From the human T2T-CHM13v2.0 reference genome, Homo sapiens, in the NCBI RefSeq assembly GCF_009914755.1, contig NC_060932.1: a stretch of 64,000 bases of DNA; one strand, given 5' to 3'. Positions within the stretch are counted from its first letter, which is position 1. Each line of letters begins with the position of its first letter. The notes under the pieces are model-generated. The model did not search any database. It saw nothing but the letters and a program-made list of their open reading frames with translations, and had not been told where the DNA came from. Both the position numbers and the translations under genes were made by a program. Of the stretch, positions 31,386 through 45,729 are shown one piece after another.

Positions 31386-33519
31386 CAGAAAATATGGTTT
31401 TTGAAACGCAAATCACATTGCCCCAGAAATGCAGGTTTAGAAATGGTGAGTTAAGCACTCCAGTCCACAAAGCTATCCTATTGAATCCCTGTGGTAAAGT
31501 ACCCCTGGTGTTTTATATTCCTCATGGCTGTTCCAAATCCCTAACATTCGCCCTCTTAAGTTTTGTTCCTACATATCTTTCTCTCAGCTTCTTTTTCATT
31601 TCCCTGTATTAAGATTGTCTGATATGAAGACTTCTCTTTCCTTTCTTTACTTTTTCCAAAGTCCAACTTCATCCTCTTCATGAATTTTGTCACCTCAGAT
31701 ATTTTTCATTTTTGCTCCCTAAGTCATTTTGATTCTTCTTCCACAATGTTTCATGGATGAATTTCTTTCTTTTCTTTATTATTGTCAACATACTACTTCA
31801 CGAATTTTTGCTGTAACTTCCAACAGATCTAGGCTCATAATAAGACTTTTGGAGAATCAAAGCACTGAAAAGATTATATACTCTTTCCTGGCTATATTTT
31901 AAAGTAGAAAACAAAACAATAAAATAAGTATATATTGTCTAACATGATGAAAACTTTAAATCCTTTTTTAAAGACAACATCTTCCGAGACAGAATTTGGG
32001 AGGGATGTCTGTACTCTCTTCAAGTTGTTTCTGAGCTCTGCAACAGGAGAGATAGGGGAGAAAAAATAGGGATGGATTCTTGGGGTATGCTACGTAGTTG
32101 CTTTAAGTGATGAGGCAAAAGGGACTTTTGCTTTTCATTATAAGCTCTTAGTGTTTTTTTTAAAACTATGCATTCCATGTATTACATTAATCACAGTATT
32201 AGTTTGAATTCACACACACAGACACACACACACACGACCCCAACCCCCCACACCAATTTCTGACCCTGACATTTTCTCTCCCTAGTTTACACAGTTGCTA
32301 ATTATTATTATTTTTGAAAGTGATAAATAGTATATAGTACAGAAGAGCTTCTAGTTAAAAAACATTACTTTGGGTCCTTTCTCTGTCCTGCTCCCCACTG
32401 GGAATCACTTTTGTTTCTGTTTTTAGGTTTTCTGAAGGAATATTTATCATATATATGTATATTAATTTTAGACATTGTCTATTGATTTGCTGCAATGATA
32501 TATGAAGATTTAACTCTAATACTATCATCAGTTTTTACTTATTTTTGTTTTTTTGCTTTATGTATTCATTTCCTGCTTTTTGTCTTATAAAATATCATAA
32601 ATATCATTATTTTACAAAATTTTAGAATATGTTATTCTTTCTAGATTTGGGTATGATGACATTTCTCTCATTTATGTTTGATAGTTTTCCCTCTTGGTGG
32701 TTCATTTGCTCTTGTGGTTTGATCTTTGTTTTCATTGTGAGCTTAACATGTGTGGGGATTTTCTTCTCTGAGAATCTTGAATGTCCTGGGCTTTGGAAGA
32801 ATCTTTACAGGGTGGTTTTTGCGTTCACCTGGGTTCTTAACCAGCTCTAAACAAGACTTCTTAAAAATTCAAATTTAGCATTTCTAGCCCCATTTGATTG
32901 ATATAAATTTGGACTCATCATCCAAGCACAGCACTACCGTGGGTTTCTAGCTTCTTGCCAATAACTCTTTTTCTACGGAGAGCATTGGCAGATGACAAGC
33001 TGCTATACTGCTTCCTGCTTAGAAAGGAGTGTTTGGAGGACTCAGTGATTATTTCTCCTTGGTGATAGGACATATTTATGAGGCTTCCAGCTTGACAAAG
33101 AATTTATTTCAAAATATACAGCGCTGATGCCTTACATCCTATGCCCACAGAATCATTAAAATCCCCAACATGAGACTGTACTGTTAACATCTATGCCCTA
33201 TACTTGTTTATACCCCAGTTGTTTTAAGCCCTTTCTTACCATTCTAACAATGAAACGTATCTTCATTTCTGGTTCCTGTAGATTTCTCTTTCTCTATTTT
33301 CTTATTTTTGAGAATTGCTCTGATTTTACAACAAAATCTGATGTATCCTACCAAGTAATTTTACATCTTTGGAGTAAGAAGGTATTTTTGCTCATAAACT
33401 GCTAGTTTGACTGAAAGTCCCAATTGAATTTTTCCTTAATTTTTTATTTTTATGAAAGTTATTCATACTCATAGTTTTACAAAAAAAAAATCAAAATAAT
33501 AGACAAGGCTGATAATAAA

Positions 33520-35745
33520 TTATGGGGACTAGAAAATAAATGGACTCCTGGACAAACTCCCTTGGGCCTGATGACCCACCCAGTGATTGTTTCCCCAGTT
33601 CCCAAATGTATAATTAGGATTGATATGCTTGCAATTGGCACAAATCCCATATTGGGTGTTGGTCTGAAAGTTAAGGTCTATCATAGTGTGAAAAATAAAG
33701 AGGAAGTCTCAGAAGCTACCCTCCATGACAACCAAGATAGTAAATCAATAACTATCACATCCCAGGGTGAGGGATAGAAAAGATTAGGGACATTTTAAGG
33801 ATCTGAAGCAGGAGCTGGAAAATTATGGACCATGGACAAAGTTGGTGCATGGCCAGTTTTTACACAGCCTGCAAGCTAAGAATGGTTTTTACATTTTTAA
33901 AGGTTGTTAAAAAAAAATAAAAATATGCCACAAAGACTGTATGTGATCTGCAAAGCCTAAAATTTTTACCATCTGGCTCTTTATAGAAAAAGTCTGTTGT
34001 CCCTTTATCTAAAGGATGCAGGGATGTTGGTCCCAGTACATTGATTTAATTCACCTGTTTGGGCCCTGCAGAAACTGAATGAATCCCGCCGGTGACTGCA
34101 GACTACGATAAGCTCAACCACATTAAAGTCCTGATCCCAGTCTTCAAACCAGATATGTAAGTTATTTTTGATAAAGTGGGTTAATATAACATCAGAAATG
34201 CATGCTATTTTATTTTTTAAATAACAATTTGAAAACAGTTTGTAGTCACATAGAAGGTACAATAATATACACTTATACTTTTGCCTCAGGGCTTCTTCTG
34301 TCCTCTGCCATAATATAGTCTAAACATATTTGCATCTTGGCATCCTGCAGATCATCATATCCATTCATTATATCAATGATTTTATGTTGATTAGTGAGAT
34401 AAGCCAAAGGCAGACACACTGGAAACCTTGAGAAGACACATGAGCTCTAGAAGGTGGGAGCTAAATATTGTAAAGTTTCAGAGACCATCCATATCTGTAA
34501 AATGTTTACATATTTGTGACAATGAGCATGCCAAGATATCTCTTCAAAGATAAAGACAAATTAGTGCACTTTGCACCTCCTGTCACAAAGGAGGCACAAA
34601 CTCTGGTGGGCCAGAGGACAAAGCAAACTGCATGAGTAGGCAGCACAGACATCACTCACTACGGTTACACCAATGCTCCTTCTTCAGCTTGCAACTATGG
34701 CTGTATGGGAAGACCCGTGTGACCAGCTAAAGCTGTCTTTTAAAGAGTTAAAAGCCTGAGCTTAATTTTCAGCTGGGCTGGCTTGGTATATGGAGATGAG
34801 CTAAAATAGATGGCAATTGCACTGAAGCCTCAATCAGGGGTAGTCTTGAAAAACAGTGGCAAGGAAAAATTCTCCTGACGGGTGGTGTACCTGGTAGACA
34901 ACTTTGTGGGTAAAGAGAAATGGCAGGAGATTAGAATATAGATAGACCTCTAATTAGGGGTCTGGAAGAAAAAAAAGAAGGGGAAGATAGGGCCAAGGAG
35001 GTCTGGAGTCAAGAAACAGGGATTAATATCCGGGAGTGAACACAAAGTGTGGCAATCTTTGTACATGTTATATCCGCTAGAGAGAACATCCTTCTTCAAA
35101 GAGACAGTAGACAACGAAGTAGACAAAATCATCTGGCCAGCCTCTGTCATTTGCCACCCTAGTGCTGGCATGATGGGCAAAGGAAAGTGACTGAGACAGC
35201 GGCAACACATAACAGCCTGCACTCCCTTTCACCATGGCTGATGTAGCACCATCACTGCCAGCAACAGAGACTGTCACCAAGTCTCCCTTATGGAGGCTTT
35301 TCTTCGGGATACCTACTGGCCACAGTTGACAAGTTCACAACTGAATGGATGGAGCCTTTCATCCTGGAAGGGTCAGCGGTTTGTTCACACAGGAATGGAT
35401 GCACATTCAAGTGTGGAGTTGTTTTCTGCCGGCCAGGTCTCAGCCAGCATTATTAGCCAAAGGCTTACAGAGAGCTTGATTCACCAGTACAGGATCCCAC
35501 ATAACACTGCATTGGACCGGGGGCCTACTTTAGAGAAAAGCAAGTGCAGGAGTGGACTCATGACCATGAGACTCGATGGTCACATCCCATACACACCACC
35601 CAGAAGTTGTCAGCATAATAGAGATTTGGAACGACTTGTTGGGAGCACAGCCAGAACACCAGCTTGGAGTCAACTACATGAGGATGACTCAGGACGCTGG
35701 ATACATATTTATATGTGTAGAAAGGACTTTTATTTGAGTGCATAA
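33520..35745 (+). pseudogene. Ancient ERV-L internal relic (protease, RT and integrase portions of pol)
   Basis: THPVIVSPVPKCIIRIDML (protease); KDAG...FNSPVWALQK...DY.KLN and HYINDFML (RT, ~34010-34390); SWKGQRFVHTGMD...IPHNTALDRG (integrase core, ORF 35290-35745). Confidence 0.82.
33809..34006. mobile_element. MER58-family hAT-Charlie MITE inserted in ERV-L pol
   Basis: cagg...gcaaagcctaaaatttttaccatctggctctttatagaaaaagt...ccct; 8-bp TSD atct(g/a)aag at 33801-33808 and 34007-34014. Confidence 0.85.
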
Positions 35746-37054
35746 CTCTGGTCAATGTTCCTTTCCTTTTCTGGTTTTGGGTAAGGTTAGGGATTAACTT
35801 AATAGCATACCTTATAGAAAAGTACAGAGTTTTGCCAAAAACAACTGCAAGTGTAACAGTTACAGCCTATAAATCAGTCCATTCATTGGAAATCCATTTT
35901 TTATTTTGTTTTGCTTTATAAAAAGAAAGATTGGACAAGGATCCAGCCCTGTGCAATATAGCTGTGAACAACATAGTTATTTTATCAATCGTTTGCTCTT
36001 GTGGACTCAGTGGTATGTCCTTGTAGAATTGGAAGTGTGTCTGTGGGTTCCTGGTTTCCTAGGCTTCCGTTGCCCCCCTGGCCTTTGGAGAGTTTCCAGA
36101 TGACATATTCTTGACTCGTGTTAATGGCCTAAATTTGTCTACTGTGCAATTTACTAGCTGGATTAAAAGTAATAAAGGTTTTTTTTTGTCGTTAAGAATT
36201 TAAGTTAAAGTTTTGTTTGGAAATAATACATCAACTTTTCTTCTAACACTGTTAAGTCTGAGTTGAGAATAACTTATTTAGCCAAATTCCCTCTAAAGAT
36301 GTAAGCTCTTCATTCACTAATTTTATTACTTTTGATTGAACTCAAAGTTCTGTCAAAAATTTCCTCTCTGTAAAATACATTTCCTTACCCAACTTTCACA
36401 TTGGGAAAATAATTTTTCCTACATGTAACTCCTCTTTAAAATGCTTCTTTGTCATTTCAAATTGAAATCTCAGTTTTGCCATGGGAAGAGAGTTTTCCAA
36501 AATTCCTCTCTCCCAACAGGACTATATGCTCTATTCATTTTTTTTGATATTCATATACAAATTGTTCCCATACTCTAGTGGTTGTCTGAGCATAGTAGAA
36601 TTGAAAAATAAATTAGTGTAGTTATCCAGAACATTTACATTTAATGTTGTGACAAAAGCCAGAGATTTTGGCCTGAACAGCCACAGCGATTTTCTAAACT
36701 GATCAAATCCAGTGGAAGGTTGCTCAATTTTTCATATCTTAGAGGCAAAAAAATCTAATATAAAAATTAAGATGTTAAAAGAGAGGCATAACTGAGGTTT
36801 TAATTGGTCAAAAAGTAGAGTGTACCCAGAGCTAGGTGCAGCCACCTTCAGATCCTGAACTAGCCCTCCTGAGTCCTTTATTCCTTTTCTGCAGGCCCTG
36901 GGGGATCACCCTGCTTTCTTCTCTTGGCATTTGCCACACCCTGTCTTATTCAACCCTGTATTGAAGTTGTTTCTCTTCAAATCTTTACTGATAGTTTCTC
37001 TAGCTTCCTTCTTTTCTTAATTCTGCTGAAGAGACTAATATGAATCTTCCAATC

Positions 37055-37500
37055 TTTAGTGTAACATTGATAATTAGCTGTGTGGCCTTACATGAGATAC
37101 TTGACCTTTCTGTAGCTCGGTTTCTTCATAGTCAGTTAAATGAAGAGAATGATGACTACTTCATAGCATTGTTCTGGAAATGAAATGAGATGCACTGCAT
37201 ATCACTTTTAAAAGGCATTTAGTAAGTAGTTGTCCTCAACTTTTCCCTCTCATTTTGTTTCTATATGTACAATTTGAAAGATGCAGAATTATTTTTTAAG
37301 TTGTTAAATAATATCATTTTGTGTCGGTGTGAGAACTGCTGGTTTAAAAAACGTTTTCATATGTCTCACCTTATTTGCTGCTGCCACACTAATTTGAGTT
37401 AGGTAAGATAATTATTTACTATTCTTCTTTCAGATAAGGAAATTAAATCTCAGGGAGATAAAGAGAAGCAAGTGTCTAGATTCATAATGCCTTCAACAGC
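37055..37500. mobile_element. Two MIR fragments (plus ~37055-37230, minus ~37335-37500)
   Basis: tagctgtgtggcctt...cggtttcttcat...aaatgagat; ttcagataaggaaattaaatctcagggag. Confidence 0.55.
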
Positions 37501-37539
37501 ACAGTAGAAATGGGAGGGAGGTAGTGACACATTTCCTGT

Positions 37540-37615
37540 GTTGTGGTGTTTAGTGGAGACACCTCCTCCCTGGGTTGTGGTGTTTAGTGGAGACACCTCC
37601 TCCCTGGGTTGTGGT
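37540..37615 (+). repeat. Perfect 34-bp tandem duplication (2.2 copies)
   Basis: gttgtggtgtttagtggagacacctcctccctgg at 37540-37573 and 37574-37607, followed by gttgtggt. Confidence 0.97.
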
Positions 37616-39265
37616 ACTGAAAACTAAAGGGTAAATTCTGCAAATGTCTCCAAGTGTTGTAGATCAAAGCCAGGGAAAGCAATCAGAAGCCAGATTGCAT
37701 TCTAATGGCTGGGGAGACTTAGGCAACAAAACTCGATGAAGAAACCACAGCCTGGAAGAATTCTTTAGAAAGAGCCTAGGTCCCAAGTGGGTACCTTGTG
37801 TGGATTCAGAAATGAACTAACAATTTTGAATGAAAAGGACCATTAAAATGTTTCTACCAGGACTAACTACTTTCTTTTGTCAAATTAGCTCAGGTTAATT
37901 ATAGAGTAGACACTGCCTGAATCTGTATTTTTCTAATTAACATCAAAATCCACTAGAAAGACACGAACATTTAATGTTGTATAATGTATATGCATATGTG
38001 GAAACACTATTGGATTTTATGAACTGATGAATATATAGGATTACCTTATTCCATGCCATTCCTTTAACAGATATTTCTTGTGTACCTGGGATGTACCAGG
38101 TATACTTCTTGGTATAGGAACTATACCAGCAAAAATTGTCATGGAGCTTATAATAGAAGAGGTGTTTATAGCTTAGTAATATAAAAAATCATACAAGATC
38201 TGTAATTTTTTTTACATTAAGAGAAATAAAAAATAAAAAGAAAAAACTATGAATATAATTGGTTTCATCATAATTTCCTTGCATCTGAAGTCATCAGAGT
38301 GGTATTATCTACATTGTTAATTATTTTTTCTAAAATTTTAGTAGCAGATAGAAGAAAATTCCTTTTATTTATTTATTTAGTAGTATTTGTATCAAGTGTA
38401 TATGTTTTAATGTTTCAAGTATATATGACAATTTCTTCTCCACTAATTTTAGCTTGCTTATATTGCTAAGAGCACATGCTAATATAATGCTAATCTATAC
38501 TAATTTTGAATTATATAAGCAAATACTTTTTGCATGCCACAGAACACTTTTTTCTTTGCTTTCACTGGAGGTATCCACATAGGTTTTATAAACCAAAAAT
38601 AAAATTCTAAGCCCCCCAACTAACTGAATGGACCCCTCTTCTCAGCCAAGGGCATTCCAAAGTTAATCTGAAAGACTAGTTCAGGCCATGATGGGAAGTG
38701 AGGTTGGACATACATACCTCATTATACTCTCCTCCCTTTGGAATTCAGGCACAACTGACCAGCATTAACATTAAAACGGGACATTAAGACTGACAAAGCA
38801 GGCTCTTTGTAGCAATAAGATACCAATATGATGAATAGCAGGCCCAAAGAAACAGAAATATTTTACCCAAAAATCTATTTATCTGACATATTTTCAAATG
38901 GCCCTGCAAATCTGTCTCTTGTGGGAAAAATCTACATTCTGTAGAGAATCCCTTTTCCTTTCCAGGTCTTTTCCTGACACAGGAGAGAATTAACAAAGAG
39001 TCTGGTACCTTTTTAAGTTAAGAAACATTACAATCTATTCTCTCTGAAGCCAGCTACCTGGAGGCTTCATCTGTATGATAAGAACCTTGGTCTCCACAAT
39101 CCCTTATGTTAACCCATACTTCCCTTCTATTGATTCCAGGTTTTTAGATAAACTCTTTCAACCAATTGCCAATCAGGAAATCTTTGAACCCACCTATGAC
39201 CTGGAACCAATGTATATCTGAAGTGTATTGGTTGATGTCTTATGTTTCTCTAAAATGTATAAAAC

Positions 39266-39779
39266 TGAGATGAGAAGTCTTCTTCCGATCGAATGTTTTT
39301 CTCGATCAAAGGGCTTGTGGTCTCACGGGCTTCAAGGAATGAAGCCGTGGACCGCAGCAGCGAGTGTTACAGCTCAATTAGAGAAACGCACGGACCCAAA
39401 GTGTGCGCCGGCAAGATTTATTAAAGCAAAAGTGAAAGTAAAGTGGAACCCAAAGTAAAGCTTCCACACCGTGGAAGGGGACCGGTAAGGGTTGCCGTTT
39501 CTGGCTTGGGTGAGTTATGCTTATATCCCCTTATGACCTCTTCCCGTTTCCTTTTTCTGTCCTATAGACTTAGCTTATTTTCTATCCACTTGTGGGTTGG
39601 CAGGCCTGATTGGTTAAAAACATCAGGCGGCAGCTAGAGCTTAAACTCCCTATATGATTGGTTGAAGTTTCAATCCCTTAGCTTGCAGCTATGACTCATT
39701 TTGGCTTAGGGGAAAAGTCTCCTCAGGGAAGTCCCTATTGACCCAGGAAGTCCAGCCAACCTAGCCCCTTAGTCCCTCA
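39266..39779 (-). mobile_element. ERV1 solo LTR related to the HERV9/LTR12/LTR30 group (exact family uncertain)
   Basis: TG...CA termini; TSD aaac/aatc; LTR12-like blocks gaatgaagccgtggacc, gagtgttacagctc, caagatttatt, aaagcttccacaccgtggaaggggacc. Confidence 0.8.
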
Positions 39780-39854
39780 AATCCAGGCTGTAGCCCAACC
39801 ACCTGGGCCATACATTCTCAGGACCTCCTGAGGCTGTGTCACAGGCATGTTCTT

Positions 39855-40147
39855 TTTTTTTTTTTTTTCCGGGAGTCTTGCTCTGTTGCCCATGCTGCAG
39901 TGCAGTGGCATAATCTCAGCTCACTGCACCCCTGCCTCCTGAGTTCAAGTGATTCTCCTGCCTCAGCCTCCTGAGTAGCTGGAACCACAGGCACATGCCA
40001 CCACACCCAGCTAATTTTTCTGTTTTTAGTAGATACGGGGTTTCACCATGTTGGCCAGACTGGTCTCAAACTCCTGACCTCAGGTGATCCACCCACCTCG
40101 GCTTCCCAAAGTGCTGGGATTACAGGCATGAGTCACCGTGCCTGGCC
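39855..40147 (-). mobile_element. AluSx-type Alu inside MER4
   Basis: Antisense Alu; TSD acaggcatgttctt at 39841-39854 and 40148-40161. Confidence 0.93.
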
Positions 40148-40494
40148 ACAGGCATGTTCTTAACCTTGGCAAATGAAACTTTTAAGTTGATTGAGATTTG
40201 TCTAAGATACTTTTTGGTTTACAGTTTCTTAATATTTTTTATAGTAATGTTATGAGGTAGGAAATACTTATTCATTATCAATTTATTACAGAAAATATGT
40301 CATTGGTTCATTTTCTGGTTTAAGGTAACCCAGCTAAAAACTGGTGAGATTGCTATTTAAACTCCGTTTTTTCTAATTCCAGAGTATATGCTCTTTTAAA
40401 TTTCACGTAATTTCATTTATTCTACAATAACTTAGTGCCATTTGCAAATTCTATTGTTTCCTTTTTCTTCTATTTCAATAAAAATAGTCCTGCT

Positions 40495-41429
<935 letters not shown>

Positions 41430-41804
41430 TACTTTGCTAGAGTATGGTATAACTGATGCAATCATACCAAATCTCTGGATCTGTAATTTTAATTTATTAC
41501 TAAAGACATCTACATGAATGCAGGGAAATTCATTCATTCAATCAATAATTCAATGAATATTTATTAAGGTCCTATTATTTACTAGACACTGTTTTATATC
41601 TGAAAATTTGAGAAATAAAATATAAAACTTGCTGGCCTTTAATTTCTCCAGGAGAGAATACTCTGATCAAAACCATTTGCTCAATTGAATCTGCATACGT
41701 GATTTCCAAATTTTCTATTTTTTATTACATTAAATTAGTTGGAAATGAAAAATTTAAATTATTACAAATATATAGAATTATCCAATACAAAAAAATAGTC
41801 ATTC

Positions 41805-42268
41805 TGTAGCAGGACGAGCCACAGACAAGAACCCCTCAGACACCAGCTTGTAGAAGGAAAGGGTTTTATTCAGCTGGGAGCATCGGCAGATTCACGTCTC
41901 CAAAAACCGAGCTCCCCAAGTGAGCAATTCCTGTCCCTTTTAAGGGCTTACAACTCTAAGGGGGTCTGCGTGAAAGGGTCATGATCAATTGAGCAAGCAG
42001 GGGGTATGTGACTGGGGGCTGCATGCACCAGTGATCAGAACGGAACAGAACAGGACAGGGATTTTCACGATACTTTTCTATACAATGTCTGAAATCTATA
42101 GATAACACAAGCAATTAGGTCAGGGGTTGATTTTTAACTACCAGGCCCAGAGCGCGATGCTGGGCTATCTGCCTGTGGATTCCATTTCTGCCTTTTAGTT
42201 TTTACTACTTCTTTCTTTGGAGGCAGAAATTGGACATAAGACAATGTGAGGAGTGGTCTCCTCCCTTA
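41805..42268 (-). mobile_element. LTR2-family (HERV-E/Harlequin) solo LTR
   Basis: Minus-strand start taagggaggagaccac...ttgtcttatg and end gtctgtggctcgtcctgctaca; perfect 4-bp TSD attc at 41801-41804 and 42269-42272. Confidence 0.82.
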
Positions 42269-42460
42269 ATTCAAAAGAATGAATAATTAAGTAATTTCAT
42301 GTAAAGGGCATTTAAAAAAACAGTATTATTTTTTAATTACTCACATTTTATTTGTAATTAAAATTAATATGCTAGAAGATTTGAGACTTATTTTTTAAAT
42401 TAGGTTAAACATTTCCTTGCAAGTATGTTTGACTGAATCATTAATGTTCTTAGCAAGCCT

Positions 42461-43565
42461 TGTAACCACTTAATGAGTTCATTTTGCCTGCTGCCCAATA
42501 GAGCCAATTTATCAAGACAAGGGAATTGCAATAGAGAAAGAGCTTAATTCACCCAAAGTTGGCTGAACGGGAGACTGGAGTTTTATTATTACTCATATCA
42601 ACCTCCCCCAAAATTTAGAGGTTAGAGTTTTTCCATGATAGTTTTGTGGGGAGGGGAATGGCTGGGGAATGGGTGCTGCTGATTGTATGGGGATGCAATC
42701 ATACAGGTGTGGAAAATGGTCCTCATGTAGGCAGAGTTCAGTTTTGGGTTGGACCACAGGACCAGTTGTCAGGTCTGGGTGGAGCCATTGGGCATTAGAA
42801 ATGCAAAAACCTGAAAAGACATCTCAAAAGACCAATCTTAGGTTCTACAATAGTGATGTTATTTGCAGGAGTAATTGGGGAAGTTGCAAATCTTGTGAAC
42901 TCTGAAACAATGACTGGTAATTGTTTACATCTACACCTTAGCTGAATTCAGGCTCCTCTCAGCCTCCTAACCTAGTGGTCTTTCATTAGCTTTACGAAAG
43001 TGAGTTAGTTTTGGGAAGGCCTATTATCATTTAAACTATAAACTAAATTTCTCCCCAGGTTAACTTGGCCTAAGCCTAGGAGGGGGAAGTTTAGAGGGTA
43101 AAGGCAAGATGGGGGTTGGTTAGATCAGATCTCTTTCACAGTCATCATTTTCTCACTGTTATAATTTTTACAAAAGCAGTGTATTAGTTCATTCTCACAC
43201 TGCTGTAAAGAACTACCTGAAACTGGGTAATTTATAAATAGGTTTAATTGACTCACAGTTCCACAGGCTGTACAGGAAGCATGGCTGGAAGACCTCAGGA
43301 AACTTACAATCATGGCAGGAGGCGAAGGGGAAGCAAGCATATCTTACCATGGTGGAGCAGGAGAAGAGAGAGAGCAAAGGGGAAAATGCTACACCCTTTC
43401 AAACAACCAGATCTCATGAGAACTCCATCACAAGAACACCAAGTGGGGAGTCCACCTCCATGATTCAGTCACCTCCCTCCAGTCCCCTCCCCTGATACAT
43501 GAGGATTACAATTTGACATGAGATTGGTGTGGGGACACAGAGCAAAACCGTATCAGGTGGTTTCA
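42461..43565 (-). mobile_element. LTR8-type ERV1 solo LTR with an MST insertion near its terminus
   Basis: tgtaacc...tttatcaagacaagggaattgcaatagagaaagag start; ctgttataatttt...ggtttca end; TSD gcct/gtct. Confidence 0.82.
43180..43555 (-). mobile_element. MSTA-type MaLR solo LTR
   Basis: tgtattagttcattctcacactgct...ctcaggaaacttacaatcatggc...ggggacacagagcaaaaccgtatca; decayed 5-bp TSD agcag/ggtgg. Confidence 0.88.
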
Positions 43566-45729
43566 GTCTTTATTTTTTTTTTTAATATAAAATAAACTCC
43601 AATTAGCTTCAGGTCAAACTTTTAAAAAATCAGAATTAGTTCATACTACATCTGTGTATACAAATCTCTGTGCACAAGTGAATTTTTAATTACTTTTTCT
43701 TTCTTTAAGAATTAAAGAGTATGTATATGGAATCAATGGAATCAATTGCTGGTAACTTCACTTTGCCTGAATTAAAGACCCAGGGAGATTTAATCTACGT
43801 GTCTTGTAGCCTGTAATTTTCTCTGCCTTTGTCCTATTCAAAACAAGCCTGGTTGAGGGGGAGCAGAATAGAAGCAGTGAAGAAACTCACATTCCAGAAT
43901 GCATGCTTCATTATTGGAATCTTTGAGCATAATAAATATCTTTATGTCTGGATGAAGACATTATTTAAGATATGTTCTGATGGATTGAGAGGAAGGAATT
44001 TCCCAGTTTTAGGTGCATGGGGATATGTGAAACCGAACTTTATCAAATTTAGACTTGGTAAGAGTCTCTGGATGACAATAAAAAGAAATATGTAGTTTAT
44101 TTCCTATAGGCTTTGAGCAATTTAGAATTAGAAGAGACTTTGGAGAACACATAGACTATTTAGATAAGAAAAGAACAGAAGTCCAGAGAGGTATAATGGC
44201 TTGTTCAAGGTCACTCCATTGGTTGGTAGTGAAGCCTGGAGCCAACTCCAGATTCCCTGATGCCCTCTCACAATCTCTTTCCATTACTGGGCTTCCTTGT
44301 GGGGTAATTCAAACCATTAATGACTTTCAAATACATGGCTTTCTTTTCTTTTGAATTAAAAGATTATAAGTTAACCTTCTTTAGATCAGTAATCCAGAGC
44401 ATGAAATAGTATTTGCCCTCAATTCCTCAAAATATAAACTAAGACCCCAAAAGGAAACAAAACTAGACTCTGAGTATCTCAAATATTTATTATAAAATCC
44501 CCGTATGGAAGTCATGCATTTCTTTTTCTCTATGGAGAGACCCTCAGATTCTCATTCAGATTATCTGTTTTTCTTTTTATATACAATTCTTAAAAAGCTA
44601 GTTAGAAGTGATCATCTAGAAGAGATGATCAATGTCCAGCATGCAATGATACTAGTTCAATTTATAGCTACCTACTGGCATCAGTCAGTCTAGAGTCCTA
44701 ATAGCAAGTGACTTCAGGAAATTACTTGGGGTGTGTGGGGTTAGAGGGGTTGAGATGTGACTGCTGTGTCATTCCAGTGCTTCTCTTGGCCTGATAATTT
44801 AAAAAGCGCTTGCATTCCTCAGATAAAAGTTTCTTTTCTTTCTCAAAGCAATAATAATAGTAAGACCTGATAGTTGATGGCCAAATGGTAAAGAATATTA
44901 AATAATGTTGTATGTAAACATGTATGAACTATGCCATTTATAATATTGAATTTAATTCATGTCAAAGAAAAAAGTATGCACAGTATACATTCTGTTTAAT
45001 AAGTTGGGAAAGTATAATACATTTTATAATGGTGTCTTTCAAAATTGAATATTAGTCTTGAAAATTATAAACCTTAACTTTTTGAAGAATATGTTTATAT
45101 TGAGTACTTCAGTCCTCAGGAATGCTAGATTGTTTGGTTGTTTAGATAAGTAATGATAGCACTACACATTTAAAAAAGTTACTTTATATGCAACAAATGG
45201 TTTAATTACAAATCTAGTGTTTTTCTGCAAGTTGAGTGAGGTGAAGCATTGGAAGGTGTTGGTAAGAAATAGTCAATATGGGTGAAATGGCAGTGAGTTC
45301 AATTGTTTGTGATGTATGTCCAATTTTTGTATATAATATATACAATATATGTATATATACTTTAAAAAGCGTAAACATATACTTTAAAAAGTCATCTGCA
45401 GTCCTAGAAGATGGATGGCAAATATTAATATTTCAGTTCTCTGTGTCTTTTTCAAGGGATTGTTAATGAGCCATTTTGCATGTTACATTCAGGAAGATTT
45501 TGAGGTTGTATCTGAATTTGGTGGAGAAAGAAGTGTTTTGAATGATTAGCCATGTTTGAAATAGGCAAAGAAAAGGGAAATGGCACTTGTGCCATTTTTT
45601 TTTCAATCCCTGACTTAGATCTATCATGGACTATTTCCTTTTATCATCACTTTAATTTTTATGTTACTGCAAGCAACCAGTGTTTCTGTGTGCCTGAAAT
45701 CTAATGGAGTTCAGTATTAGTTCTATGCT

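Larger units (their letters stand above)
38587..40223 (+). mobile_element. MER4-family ERV1 solo LTR hosting a nested LTR and an Alu
   Basis: t(g>a)taaaccaaaaataaaattctaagcccccc start; gatactttttggtttaca end; 4-bp TSD gttt at 38583-38586 and 40224-40227. Confidence 0.88.
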
